Below, piece after piece: positions 37,101-48,221 of a stretch of 64,000 nucleotides of DNA (its first letter is position 1; each line of letters starts with the position of its first letter). The notes beneath the pieces are model-generated. The model saw nothing but the letters and a program-made list of their open reading frames with translations. It was not told where the DNA came from and searched no databases. Location of the stretch: assembly GCA_010405405.1 (NCBI GenBank), contig MU004244.1, positions 685,895-749,894 of the forward strand. The letters are read 5' to 3'. Source of the stretch: Microthyrium microscopicum (lineage: Eukaryota). The position numbers were made by a program, and so were the translations under genes.

Positions 37101-38072
37101 TGTTCCTGGATCCAGGCTTCTAGAACTCGCTTAGTATTGGATAGGATTAGCTCACCTTTGAATCGCGAATCGCCATCAGCCAAAAAGCCCAAGGACGCCA
37201 CAGCGCCAGGTCTGATTCACGCAGGGTTTAGAACTTCAGACCTTTCAAAAGGCCTCCCATAAGTTACAGAGTTAATTATCTCCATATATCGATTTCTTGA
37301 TTCATAGGTATACTACTAGTGTTACATCCCATCCATACTCCTGGCATAGAAACGAAAACGACTGGACCCGTAGTGGCTAGTAAAGCCGTAACCACGAGGT
37401 TCAGGCACGGACCGCGAGATAGTCTTCGAACCATGCTCAAAGTCTCCATATTTTCGCCTACCGTCTATCAACGGACATCGGAAAGAAACTTGTGTCGCAA
37501 GCCTCCTTTGGAAAGGAGTGAATGCCAATCAAGAACGGTCAAGCAGCCCTCCTCTTGGCTTCACAATCTTCGCCTTCTGTATTTCTTCGCGCCCAGCGAG
37601 TCGGACTTCGGGGAATTAGCTCTAGATCTGTAGGTATTGTGCTGGCGCGCTAAGAAGTACATGCCAAACGCACTAGACTTGATTGTGTGTTATGTTTGAA
37701 GTATGAGCGCCGTACATGTCCAAGATCTTAGCTGCTTATTGGTGACGATACCTTGCGACAGCTGGAAAGATTCGCTCCAATCGGTTTTCAGCCCCTTGTG
37801 GAGATATCCATTGGATGATGTGGTTCATCACTTGCACTTCTGTGATCAGCCCGTGGTCCATGGCACCGTGGGTCCACAGCTCCTTACCTTGCTTGATATC
37901 TCGTGGATTCCCTAAATATCCTAGGACGACGCCTTCTCTCTGTTGACGTTGCCGATCCTTTCGTCTAGTCGCTACTCATGATCTAATCCAATCTTTCTTC
38001 TTTCTTCAAACATTGTTATCCCACACCAGCTTCTACTTGATCGAGAGTGAAGACTCGATCACCTTGGCCACG

Positions 38073-40047
38073 ATGGCTGTTCTATTCATCCTCGCGACTC
38101 TACTCTTAGTAGTTGTTGTATGGAATCGCTTCTTTCGTAAACGGGACTCGGGCATACCTGCTGGCCTTAAACCTCTTCCAGGTCCAAAAGGTATAAACAT
38201 TTGACACTGTTGTTTTTCATCTCATTAACTCTTGTGCCAGGTCTCCCAATCATCGGTAGTGTCCACGAAGTACCCGAAAAGCTTGGATGGATCAAGTTTG
38301 CAGACTGGGGAAAACAATACGGCCCAATATATCAAGTAGATCTTGCTGGCTCTAACCATGTTTGGATATCGTCGGACGAGATCGCTCGTGATCTTTTGTC
38401 GAAAAAGGCTGCCATATACTCGGACCGTCCTCACATTCCCGCCTTGATGGATGATAACCGTACAAGTGGCCAATACCTCCCGTTGATGAGCAAGAATGAA
38501 CTGTGGACCAGACAAAGAAAGTTCGCCAACCATATCATGCGCAAGTCGGAGGCTGCAGATTTTTACAAGTATCCTGAATTGGAATCGATCCGTATGTTGA
38601 AAGAGTTGATGGATGAGCCAGAAAAATACAACCACGCTTTGGAATCTTATGTGTCTCGAGTAACATGTCGGTTGGCATGGGGCCACAGCGAAGGTAGCGA
38701 CGAACTGAAGCAGCGTGCTCGAGAACTTCTCATCGGTGTTTCTCCAACTGGTGCCCTCGGTAACAAGCTTCCATTCATCATGGCTCTTCCTGACTGGTTA
38801 TCTCCTGCCAAGGCCTGGGAACGCAAGCGGGCCCGCACAGAACGCAAATGGTTTGAAATAATGCAAAATCAAGTGAAGGAGGACATCGTAACCGATCCCT
38901 CAAAACCATCATGGACCAAGCTCTTTCTCGACGCTCCGAAGGCCTGCAACTTTGCCGATGAAGTTGAAGGTTCCTATGCCGTGGGAATGCATGGAATTGC
39001 TGGTGCTCTTACGATTGCCGCCCCAATGCAAGCTTTCTGTCTCGCCATGTGCCATTATCCACAGTATCTGCCCATGCTTCAAGAGGAGTTGGACCGCGTC
39101 TGCCCGGATCGTCTACCTACCAATGCTGATAAGCCAAATCTTCCGTTTCTACGTGCCTGTATCAGAGAAGTTATGCGCTGGAGACCGCCGGTCCCAACAG
39201 GTAAAACCAGTCCGTGATACGCGGTGTATATTTTGCTGACGAGTTTTAGGTATTCCTCATTTCTTGACCGAAGACGACGAGTACAATGGTTACTTCATTC
39301 CCAAGGGTAGTGTAATGCATCCTTTGGAGTGGTCAATCAGCCGCGATCCCGAAACGTTCCCAGATCCAGAAGCCTTCAATCCACTCCGATGGCTCGAGCC
39401 CAAATATCCCACGTACCGAGAACCTCTCACACAATATCCCACAATCATCAACATGACACAATTCGGTTATGGAAGACGGACTTGCCAAGGACAGACTGTG
39501 ACAGAATCCGATTTGGTAGCAGGAATTGGGTCCATTGCCTGGGCATTCGATATCGCAAAAGACAGCCGACGAGAGAGAATTCGCAAGGCGATGCAGAATG
39601 AAAAGGCCACCGTTTCCGAGGAAGAATTAATCACTGGTCTTTCCGAGCACTCATCTGATGATGAGTCAGGCATGCCCAGAACTCCAATAGGCGAGTTTCC
39701 AGTTCCTCATCCAGATGAGATCCGCGAAGAGTATGAAAAGAAGCTCCAACGCAAGCGGGAAGCAGAAAAGCAAAAGGAGCGGGACGAGGACGAGACACTC
39801 ATTTTCTCCACTCTGCTTATAGCTAAGCCACTGCCATTCAAGTTCAGCTTGACACTCCGTGATGAGAAGCGTGGAGAGAAGATCCAAAGTCTGTTCGACG
39901 AGAAAAACTCGAATGGCGACTACATCGAGTCCCGAAACTACTGTAAGTACACACTGATGCCCAAGTTCGCCTCGAACAAAACTAATCGATGTTGCAGGGG
40001 GTGAGAATAATGGCGAAGGAAAGGAATTCGGTTGGGTCAAGGTTTAA
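38073..40047 (+). CDS. Cytochrome P450 (OrdA-like group), 4 exons
   Basis: N-terminal TM anchor, PLPGPK|GLPIIG, YSDRP, EVMRWRP (ExxR), PEAFNPLRW, heme motif FGYGRRTCQG; three GT-AG introns. Confidence 0.92.
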
Positions 40048-41903
40048 GCGGCGCCAGTTATATATCCAGTTCGAGGGGAATCTGCGCTCTGTGTGCTATT
40101 TGGTGCTTTTACACTGCAAGATATCTCAGGAGTACATCTAGAATTTTTTTGGGTCAAATAGCGATTGGAATGAACAATAATCAATTGAATAGTATGTTGG
40201 AAAAAGAGTGATGAACAACAGAAAGGGATTCCGGAAGGATGAGGAGTACCGAGATCGAGCGGCGAGGTTCTGGTGTTGTCACTTGTGAGTGAAACACTGA
40301 AACAGAAGGAACGGCCCCCAACAGTTTCTGATGACCATGGTACAACCTCCTGAGGAGACCTTGAATGATATCAAGTCACGGACATCACCTTGAATGTCCT
40401 GATGTAAGGGAAGTGGCCGCGTCGCTCTGCAGCTAGAAGCTGCGGTCATCATCCTTCGAGGTTTTTGTGATTAGCTTATCTCCTACACAACAAATCAGCG
40501 TTCTTTGTTCTGTCACCCCACTCCGGAGTATAAGGCTGAACCAACGTACCTTTGAGCCGGAGAGGATTGCACGAGTCTGGCTAATTTAAAATCAATTGAG
40601 CTCCAAACATGAGTTTTGACAGGTTCTTCATGCTTGAGGAGGTACCTTGCTCCCAAAGCACAAATTAATACGATATTGGTGCTGATTTTATTGCATTGAA
40701 CATTGGGAATGAAACCCAGCACATATCGATGAAGGGGATGTAGTGACTGTAGTCACACTTTGGACATCTTTGTCCTTTTAGCTCGAAATGCCAGTATTGA
40801 AGTCATAGCAATCGAGAGGAATCGAAGTTGTAAACCTTACAACAGGTTCAAAGCAGTACCCTACTAGTTGTTCCAATCCTACACTGCAGAGAACAGCTGT
40901 AGCCTATCGAATGCTCCAAAGTTTACGGTATGCAAGAAGTCGTATATCAGGCCAGCAAGTTGTGTGACAGCGGTGGAGCTTGGAAGACACTGCACAACGA
41001 AATTCACCGCACTTCCAAGTTTTAGCATGTACTTATAAAATTGTTCTGTTTTAGAGGAAAAGAGAGCAGTCACTTCTGTGTTGAGAATCGACTCACGTCG
41101 TGGTAGGTGTATATTCTGTGGCTACCTAGTCACATTGTAGATATGGCAATGTGCTCCAGGGTCCTCATTCATATTTGAAAGCCGAGTTGAGGATTCAGTC
41201 GATAAATCCATGAGGACAGCACACTTAGGTAATTGGTTCTAAGCCAGGAACTTCTGTTCTACCTTATGTCTGTTATTATGATGGAGCAATTTTGGGTACT
41301 CGAAGAGCGTTACTAATAGAAAGTGTGCACTCACTGACGGAGAAACCCCTTCCATCTATATTACCCGCTACAAAAATAATAATCAAAATGTTGGGGCGCA
41401 CAGAAAGAGCCGACTGAGCATTCAGCTGACGCCCTGCTACTTTATACCTGTCCGAAGTCAACTTATAAAGCCAAGATGCTTACATGAAAAGAGTTTCATT
41501 GAATTCATTTTGCTGTATCTGGCTATCCAGAAACTTGAGAGTCATAGAATATCCAAGTCTATGATTGCCCGCTATAAAATGAATCCAAAGTCTTCATTAT
41601 CACGCTATGAGGGCTTGGTGAACATGAATCAATATACTTCGTGGCTTTTTCAAGAATATTACAGTCCCAATAGTACAACAGCATAACTGAAAGACCAAAC
41701 ATTGCCTATTCGCCAAGGCATATATTTAGTTCTTATATTGAACGTGCACCGGGGATCTGGTAGGAAAGGTATGTGCGTCTCAAATGACCATGATACCTAA
41801 TTTCGCCGGTGAAACGATATAATCTGGGCCCTGGTAGCACAGTCGCTACCTTTTTTCGTGATAGTACTCCAAAATGGCTCGTTCAATTGACGAGAAAAGT
41901 CAA

Positions 41904-43628
41904 ATGGCTTCAATACATGAGCCTCGAAATGATGCCGGAATTCGAAAAGAGCAAGTCAAAACAGTTCAAAATGTCGCGCTCGCAGAGGCCACAGCACAAG
42001 CAAAACCGAGTCCCTGGACGAGAAACATGTTCATGGTTTGTGATGGAAGTCGCGAGTGAGCTAAAGACACTAATACCTGATACAGCTCTACTACTGCCTC
42101 CTAATTGCGACCTTCAATTCTTGCATCAATGGCTACGATGGCTCGCTCATGTCTGGTATCAACACGTACGATCAGTACAGAGATTATTTCCATTTTCCTC
42201 ACGATAAAGGAACGCCATCAACAGGTATCGTCTACGCTATATACACGATTGGCAACTTGGTGGGATCGTTCGTCGCTGGTCCGGCTACAGATTTCAGAGG
42301 GCGCAGAATGGGCATGTTCATCGGCAGTCTCATAATTGTTATTGGATCTTGTATCCAAGCCACATCCATAAACCTCGCGCAATTCATGGTTGGACGCTTT
42401 ACTATCGGTTTTGGATGCGCTATTACATCTTCAGCAGGACCCGCCTATGTGTCTGAAATGGCCCATCCAGCGTACAGAGGTATCATGACTGGCATGTACA
42501 ATTGCTTCTGGTTTATTGGGGGCATTCCAGGGACCTTTGTACCATACGGCACAAGCCAAATCAAAAGCGACATGTCCTGGAGAATACCGCTTTGGACACA
42601 AATGGTCTATTCAGGCATTGTAGTCCTTGGCGCGCTTTGGCTACCGGAGACACCTCGTTGGCTGATTGCGCATGGTAAAGATGAGGAAGCTTTGGAAATC
42701 ATGGCCAAATACCACGGTGAAGGTGATCGTGACTCGCCCATCGTACAACTGGAGTATCGAGAAATGAAAGAAGACATTTCCATCACCGGCTCGGATAAGC
42801 GTTGGTGGGATTACAGTGGTCTGTTCAAAACCCGCGATGCCAGATATCGTTCCATGCTGGTTATAGCAATGGCATTCTTTGGTCAAGTGAGTAAATCGAT
42901 TCAAATTGTGCGATCATTAGTCTCTAATACATTAACAGTGGAGTGGTAATGGTCCAGTGTCTTACTACTACCCACAAATGATGGCGGGCATTGGCATCAA
43001 TGACAAACCAACACAGCTTTTGTACAATGGCGCCCAAAACATTGTCTCTTTTGGAGGTGCCGTAACAGGTGCCATATTCACAGACAATTGGGGTCGTCGG
43101 AAACAGATGATGTTCAGTTTGATGATTATCATCATATTCTTCTCACTCATTACTGGACTGAATGCAACCAATCTGATGCCAGATCCAGCGAATTCGGGAA
43201 AATTCGTGGCAAAAAATCCCAATCAGGCCAAGGCGATCATTGCCATTGTTTTTCTATTCGGATTTGTATATGGTGCTGGTTTCACGCCACTACAAGGCCT
43301 ATATCCGGTCGAGTGCTTGCAGTTCGAAGCTCGTGCGAAAGGGATGGGAATGTACAACTTCTTCGTCAACATCGCCAGTTTTTACAACACTTTTGTAACC
43401 GAGATCGCCTTCACTGGAGCTGGCTGGAAGTACTATTTCCTTTTCATTTTCTGGGACACCTTCGAGGTCATTTTCATTTACTTCTTTTTCGTGGAAACAA
43501 AGAACAGAACACTTGAAGAGCTTAGTGAGATTTTCAAGTCACCCAAGCCAGTCAAAGCGAGTCTGGAGGCAAGGGAGGTGATAGTTGTATCTGACTCGAC
43601 GAACACGCATTTGGAACCAAAAGACTAG
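41904..43628 (+). CDS. MFS sugar porter, lactose permease/cellodextrin transporter-like, 3 exons
   Basis: NGYDGSLMSGIN, DFRGRR, YVSEMAHPAYRG, PETPRWL, FFGQ|WSGNG, DNWGRR, RAKG, VETKNRTLEEL; two introns. Confidence 0.93.
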
Positions 43629-43893
43629 TGCCAGTGAGCCTGGGTTGTTTCGTCAAAATGTAACATTCATAATGAGCTCGCGTCGAGCTTGGGGTCGAGG
43701 AAACTTACAAATATATTACCATTAGCATGGCGACGGCTTGCAGCAGCACAATCGACATTGTAATGTACAAAATTCAAGAAAGCGCAAAGATAAGGAAACG
43801 ACCTTGAAGACCCTTTCTTTTGCCAATTCATTGAAGGCTTCTGTCGCCTGTGTATTTGCTCATATTTGAGCCATCCATATCAAGAGCTCCGTG

Positions 43894-45006
43894 TCATTGA
43901 ACCCATAGTTTCACGGAACCATCTTCACCACAAGTGTAGACCGACTTCATTTCGCCAGCAATGAAGTAGTCTCGTATGACCTCTTCGCCATGGCCGCCCG
44001 GAAGAATGAATCCAGATGTAGTATTGAGGTTCCATCTTGGCGATGAAGTCGCTGATGATGCTTCTGGTGAGAGAGGGAAGAAACCCAAGCCTTGCTCATC
44101 CAAGTTATGACTGCCTAGCGCAATGAAGGGCCTAGTGCCATTCCATATTCTCATAGCGTAATCACAAGGGGCTTGGTCTCGTAGATCGCCAAGGCTATAC
44201 GGTTCTGGATCTGGCTGGTCAAGATCAGGATTTTGTTGAACGTAAAATGACAGTTTCTCGTCGGTTCCAAGTGCATAGATATTATCGCCAATAAGTCCAG
44301 TGTGGTGGATAGCAGAATAATGATTGCTTACTTGCAACACAGCATCGTCTTCGTCTTCAATCGTGGTGTTGAAAACGTTGACAAGACCATCTGTGCTACC
44401 AGACATCAAGATTGTAGACGCGGTAGATGGATACGGTAAATAGCGCAGTTCTGTAATGGTGTCTGTGTGGCTTTCTTGGTAGGCAATGCGAGGTTGTTGT
44501 GGATTCCGATGATCCCAGATATATATTCGCACGTCGCCGGGTCCATCACCCTCCAATTCCGTGCCAGCTGCTATTGCGTTTGTCTCGGCGTTGCAATCTA
44601 TCGCAGAGATAGCATCAGGTCCGGCGGATGGATTCCGGCTGCTCGAAGGCGCAGATAGCGTGAAAGCAGTTCGACACGTGCGTAGATCCCAAGCTTTTAC
44701 AATACCATCGCGCCCGGCTGTGAGGATGATATTTGCTTGCTCTCCAACAGGCGCGTAAGGTTTGACGCAGGTGAGACTGGAATTTGCACCACGAATATGG
44801 CCATTTGGCAAGACCTTCAGGGTACTTGGATCTAAGAGAAGAAGAGAATCATCAGAACTAATCGCTGCGACCTTGTCTGATGAAGATATTGGCTGGTATG
44901 TGTCAAATTTGAGGTCTGTTCTTGGTGTGGTTGCAGTGACGGAGTAGATATATGAATCTGGTGCGACAGGCAAGGAGGACTGAGCCGCCAGTTTTATAGA
45001 CGCCAT
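43894..45006 (-). CDS. WD40-repeat protein (WDR89/YNL035C-like)
   Basis: TAGRDGIVKAWD, IYIWD, YQESHTDTITEL, SGSTDGLVNVFN, GHGEEVIRD, TCGEDGSVKLW. Confidence 0.85.
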   Translation of the reverse strand: MASIKLAAQSSLPVAPDSYIYSVTATTPRTDLKFDTYQPISSSDKVAAISSDDSLLLLDPSTLKVLPNGHIRGANSSLTCVKPYAPVGEQANIILTAGRDGIVKAWDLRTCRTAFTLSAPSSSRNPSAGPDAISAIDCNAETNAIAAGTELEGDGPGDVRIYIWDHRNPQQPRIAYQESHTDTITELRYLPYPSTASTILMSGSTDGLVNVFNTTIEDEDDAVLQVSNHYSAIHHTGLIGDNIYALGTDEKLSFYVQQNPDLDQPDPEPYSLGDLRDQAPCDYAMRIWNGTRPFIALGSHNLDEQGLGFFPLSPEASSATSSPRWNLNTTSGFILPGGHGEEVIRDYFIAGEMKSVYTCGEDGSVKLWVQ

Positions 45007-45382
45007 CCTGCTAAAGATTCCAGTCCTGATAATTTTAATGATCCCACAATACCATCTGATGAGAATTTTTATGGATGAAGTTGAATTATGCAACATCGTG
45101 GCAAGCGTGGCTAAGGCCGAAAAAGGAAAGCGCGCCAGGGTTTGCCGGTCGCTCTTGCTTTCTCAACCAAACCTTGATTCGCCGCGACTTCCATCTTCAA
45201 TCATCATACCTAACTACATACTACTTGAACTTTGTGCTGTCACAAGCTTAAATCGGCTGTCAACTATTCTCCCATGCCAATGTCATCATAACCTTCAGGC
45301 AATTTGCCATCTCCGGACTCTACTCCCTAATTAACAGCATCGCGAAGCCTACACTTCCACCCTTTTCCCGCCATACAACACA

Positions 45383-46513
45383 ATGGCGCCTCCTCGAAAA
45401 CCCCCAGCAAACGATTCCGACGATGACGACCGCGATTCTGACTCTGATTTCAACCCTACCGCACCCGTCGAGCAAGAAGCCCCCTCAGACTCCTCAGATG
45501 ACGATTCTGACGCCGAAATACCTGCCACTACCAATACCAAGCCACCTTCCGGCAGTGAAAAGACGCGCTTTGCCTTCATCCAAACAAACGATAAGTCACC
45601 AAAAGGACGAAATCGAGGTACCGCGAATAATGCAGAGACACCAACGAAGAAAGGGGCCAAGGGCCGGAAGAGAACTGCGGCTCAGTCGGCCGTTTTTGAT
45701 TCGGGAGATGAAGAGACCATCACAGAAGGCACCGGCAAGAAAAAGCGCAAGGTGGTCATTGAGATTGACGAAAATGAAGAGGGCGGAGAGGGAGGGTGGG
45801 TCAAGACGCGGTCTCAGCGGATGCTGGAGGAGAAGGAAGAGAGACCGCTGGCTAGCACTGTTGGCGCGACCATAAACGTCGATGATGTATGGCAGCGCTT
45901 AGCTTCCTTGCCTATCGGAAGGGTTGAGGAAGAAGGTGCGACTGAGGAACAGGCTGACCAGATCATGGACGATGATGACTATATCACGATCAAGCGGACT
46001 ACGCGGTTTGCTGGAGAGGTTGAGACGGAGGAGAAACGCGTGCACAAACACTCGGCGGAAGCAAAGCTCTACCTCGAAGAACAAGAGGAGATAAAAAAGA
46101 AAGCCAAGGCAGATGAAGAATCCAGAGCAGAAGAGTCAAGTTCCGAGAAACCAAGCCTCAGAAGACCTCTACGACGACCTTCAAGGTTTGAGCCAAATTT
46201 GCTGGGAGAAGTTAGAACTCTACCGCCACATCTTCAGCTTCGCTGGCCCAGGAACAAAGTCTTGTCATCTACAAAGTCTGGCAATGCACGAATGCCTCCG
46301 CCACCAAAGCCAGGTACGAAACTCAATACTGTCGACAAATCGCGGCACGACTGGGCTGGCTATGTCGACAAGGCAGGTATTGCTGAAGAGCTGGATGTCT
46401 ACGGCAAGAGTAAGCAAAGCTATTTGGGCCGCAAAGACTTTTTAAATCGCGCCGAATATCGCCTGGAAGACGAAAGACGTGATGCTAGGCAGAAGACTAA
46501 ACCACAGACATGA
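45383..46513 (+). CDS. SWC5: SWR1-complex protein 5 (BCNT/CFDP1 family)
   Basis: Acidic N-terminus with DSDFNP, GGWVKTRSQR, ITIKRTTRFAGE, BCNT-C motif KLNTVDKSRHDWAGYVDK...SYLGRKDFL. Confidence 0.93.
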   Translation: MAPPRKPPANDSDDDDRDSDSDFNPTAPVEQEAPSDSSDDDSDAEIPATTNTKPPSGSEKTRFAFIQTNDKSPKGRNRGTANNAETPTKKGAKGRKRTAAQSAVFDSGDEETITEGTGKKKRKVVIEIDENEEGGEGGWVKTRSQRMLEEKEERPLASTVGATINVDDVWQRLASLPIGRVEEEGATEEQADQIMDDDDYITIKRTTRFAGEVETEEKRVHKHSAEAKLYLEEQEEIKKKAKADEESRAEESSSEKPSLRRPLRRPSRFEPNLLGEVRTLPPHLQLRWPRNKVLSSTKSGNARMPPPPKPGTKLNTVDKSRHDWAGYVDKAGIAEELDVYGKSKQSYLGRKDFLNRAEYRLEDERRDARQKTKPQT

Positions 46514-46612
46514 TAGACTCGTTTCTTTCGATTATGACGATATGATATCCCATATGCTACATCATTATTACTTTCTCGTGCATCTCATCATTCATCAAAT
46601 GGTGCGAGTATA

Positions 46613-47638
46613 TCATTCAGCAAGCTTCAAAACATCCTCCTCCCCAATCCCAAACAACCTCGCCGAATTCCTCCACCCAATCTTCTCCAACTCCTCCTTC
46701 TCATAAATCCCGCTCTCCACCAATTCGCCCCAAAACCTCCTCCCATCCTCCGCCTGCGCAAACGGCCAGTCAATCGAAAACACCACCTTCTCCACACTCG
46801 TATTTCTCGCAATCGTCGCCATCGGATCCACACTCCAGCACCCACTCGTCGTCACGACAATATTCTCTGCCCAAACTTGCTTAAAGCCTCGTTCCCTCTT
46901 CCCCCAGCGATAGGACAAATAGACAACCCTCTCCACCATCGCCGGCAACATCTCGCCAAAATGCCCAATGATAATCTGTAATTTCGGAAAGCGATCAAAC
47001 ACGCCCGCCGCAAAGAGACGCAGTATATGGTGTCCAACATCCGCATGCCAGCCAAATCCACTGCTACTAATTGACGCCGCGGCACTGGCCGAATAAGACC
47101 CTTGCGCTCGATCTTTCAATGAACCACTAGGAAATGTCGGATGTAGATATATCGGCTTTCCTAGCTCCTCGGAAGCTTTCCACAGCGGATCAAAGTCCGG
47201 TGCATCATAGTACTTTGGCTCCCCGTCATCACCAACGACATGGTTATCGATCAGCGCGCCCACGAATCCATGGCTCTCCACACAGCGTCTTAACTCCTTG
47301 CCTGCCTCCTCGCCACCATTGAGTAGACTTAGCGCTGCTAAACCTCTGTAGCAGCCTTGGTCTTTGATGTTCGACGCAAGGTAATCATTTACTTTCGATA
47401 CTACTTCGGCTTCGTAGGAAGCCAACCCCGGTCCATGGGAAATGATTTGCAGAACAACACCAGCTTCACGCATGCCGTCGCGGCGTAGAGAAGACGCAGA
47501 GATATCGTTGAGTTTTGCGAGGAGGTTTGGGATTGTGCCGAGTTGCTGGTTGTAGAGATCATTCATTGCGGTTGGAATAATCTCAGCGGGGGCGAAGAAA
47601 TGCTCTTCAAGAGCGATGAGGGGGATCTTGCTCGACAT
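46613..47638 (-). CDS. Amidohydrolase-2 family aromatic-acid decarboxylase (2,3-dihydroxybenzoate/salicylate decarboxylase-like)
   Basis: IALEEHF, ELRRCV, GFVGALI, PIYLHP, GVFDRFPKLQIIIGHFGE, TTSG, FSIDWPF. Confidence 0.88.
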   Translation of the reverse strand: MSSKIPLIALEEHFFAPAEIIPTAMNDLYNQQLGTIPNLLAKLNDISASSLRRDGMREAGVVLQIISHGPGLASYEAEVVSKVNDYLASNIKDQGCYRGLAALSLLNGGEEAGKELRRCVESHGFVGALIDNHVVGDDGEPKYYDAPDFDPLWKASEELGKPIYLHPTFPSGSLKDRAQGSYSASAAASISSSGFGWHADVGHHILRLFAAGVFDRFPKLQIIIGHFGEMLPAMVERVVYLSYRWGKRERGFKQVWAENIVVTTSGCWSVDPMATIARNTSVEKVVFSIDWPFAQAEDGRRFWGELVESGIYEKEELEKIGWRNSARLFGIGEEDVLKLAE

Positions 47639-47800
47639 TTTCTTGTCGAGTTGTTGAATCGTCAATAAGCTGATGAGGAAGCTTTGGTGGATGGGAGAAA
47701 GGGTAGCTGATATATAAGTAGCTTATGGCAATTGCTATGGGCGAGCTCAGGTAGTACATGTACTAGCAGTTGTACATGTGGTAGGAAGCATGCGGCGTAC

Positions 47801-47855
47801 AAGACACTAGGATGCGGAGAAGTTGTGTTTCAAGAGACACAAGGATGCGGAGAAG
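47801..47855. repeat. Imperfect 22-bp direct repeat upstream of the decarboxylase gene
   Basis: aagacactAGGATGCGGAGAAG (47801-47822) and gagacacaAGGATGCGGAGAAG (47834-47855). Confidence 0.75.
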
Positions 47856-48221
47856 CTGACAGCTAGATCTTCAATGCATGTTTAGCGTTGGTAAGATTTC
47901 GACGAGGCTATCGATCCATCCACTTGCCGATTATATCCGCTTAGGTGGTAATCACAGACTCCAGAGTGTGAATCTCAATTAGGTCAGATTGACAACGAGG
48001 CTTATTACTACACAACTGCCTCGATATGCCTAGTACCACCAATAGAAATAAATATAAATAACCCACGCCTAGCCTTTGGGGAATAAGAACATGAAAGCAT
48101 GATAAACACGGTGCATCTAACGCAGGAACTGGTGGTAGAATAGATGGAGGTGGTTCCGCGGATCTGAGCCGTCTGGGAGAGGCATTATGGTCTCCAAGTG
48201 GAATTGAGGTGGATTGCCTGA

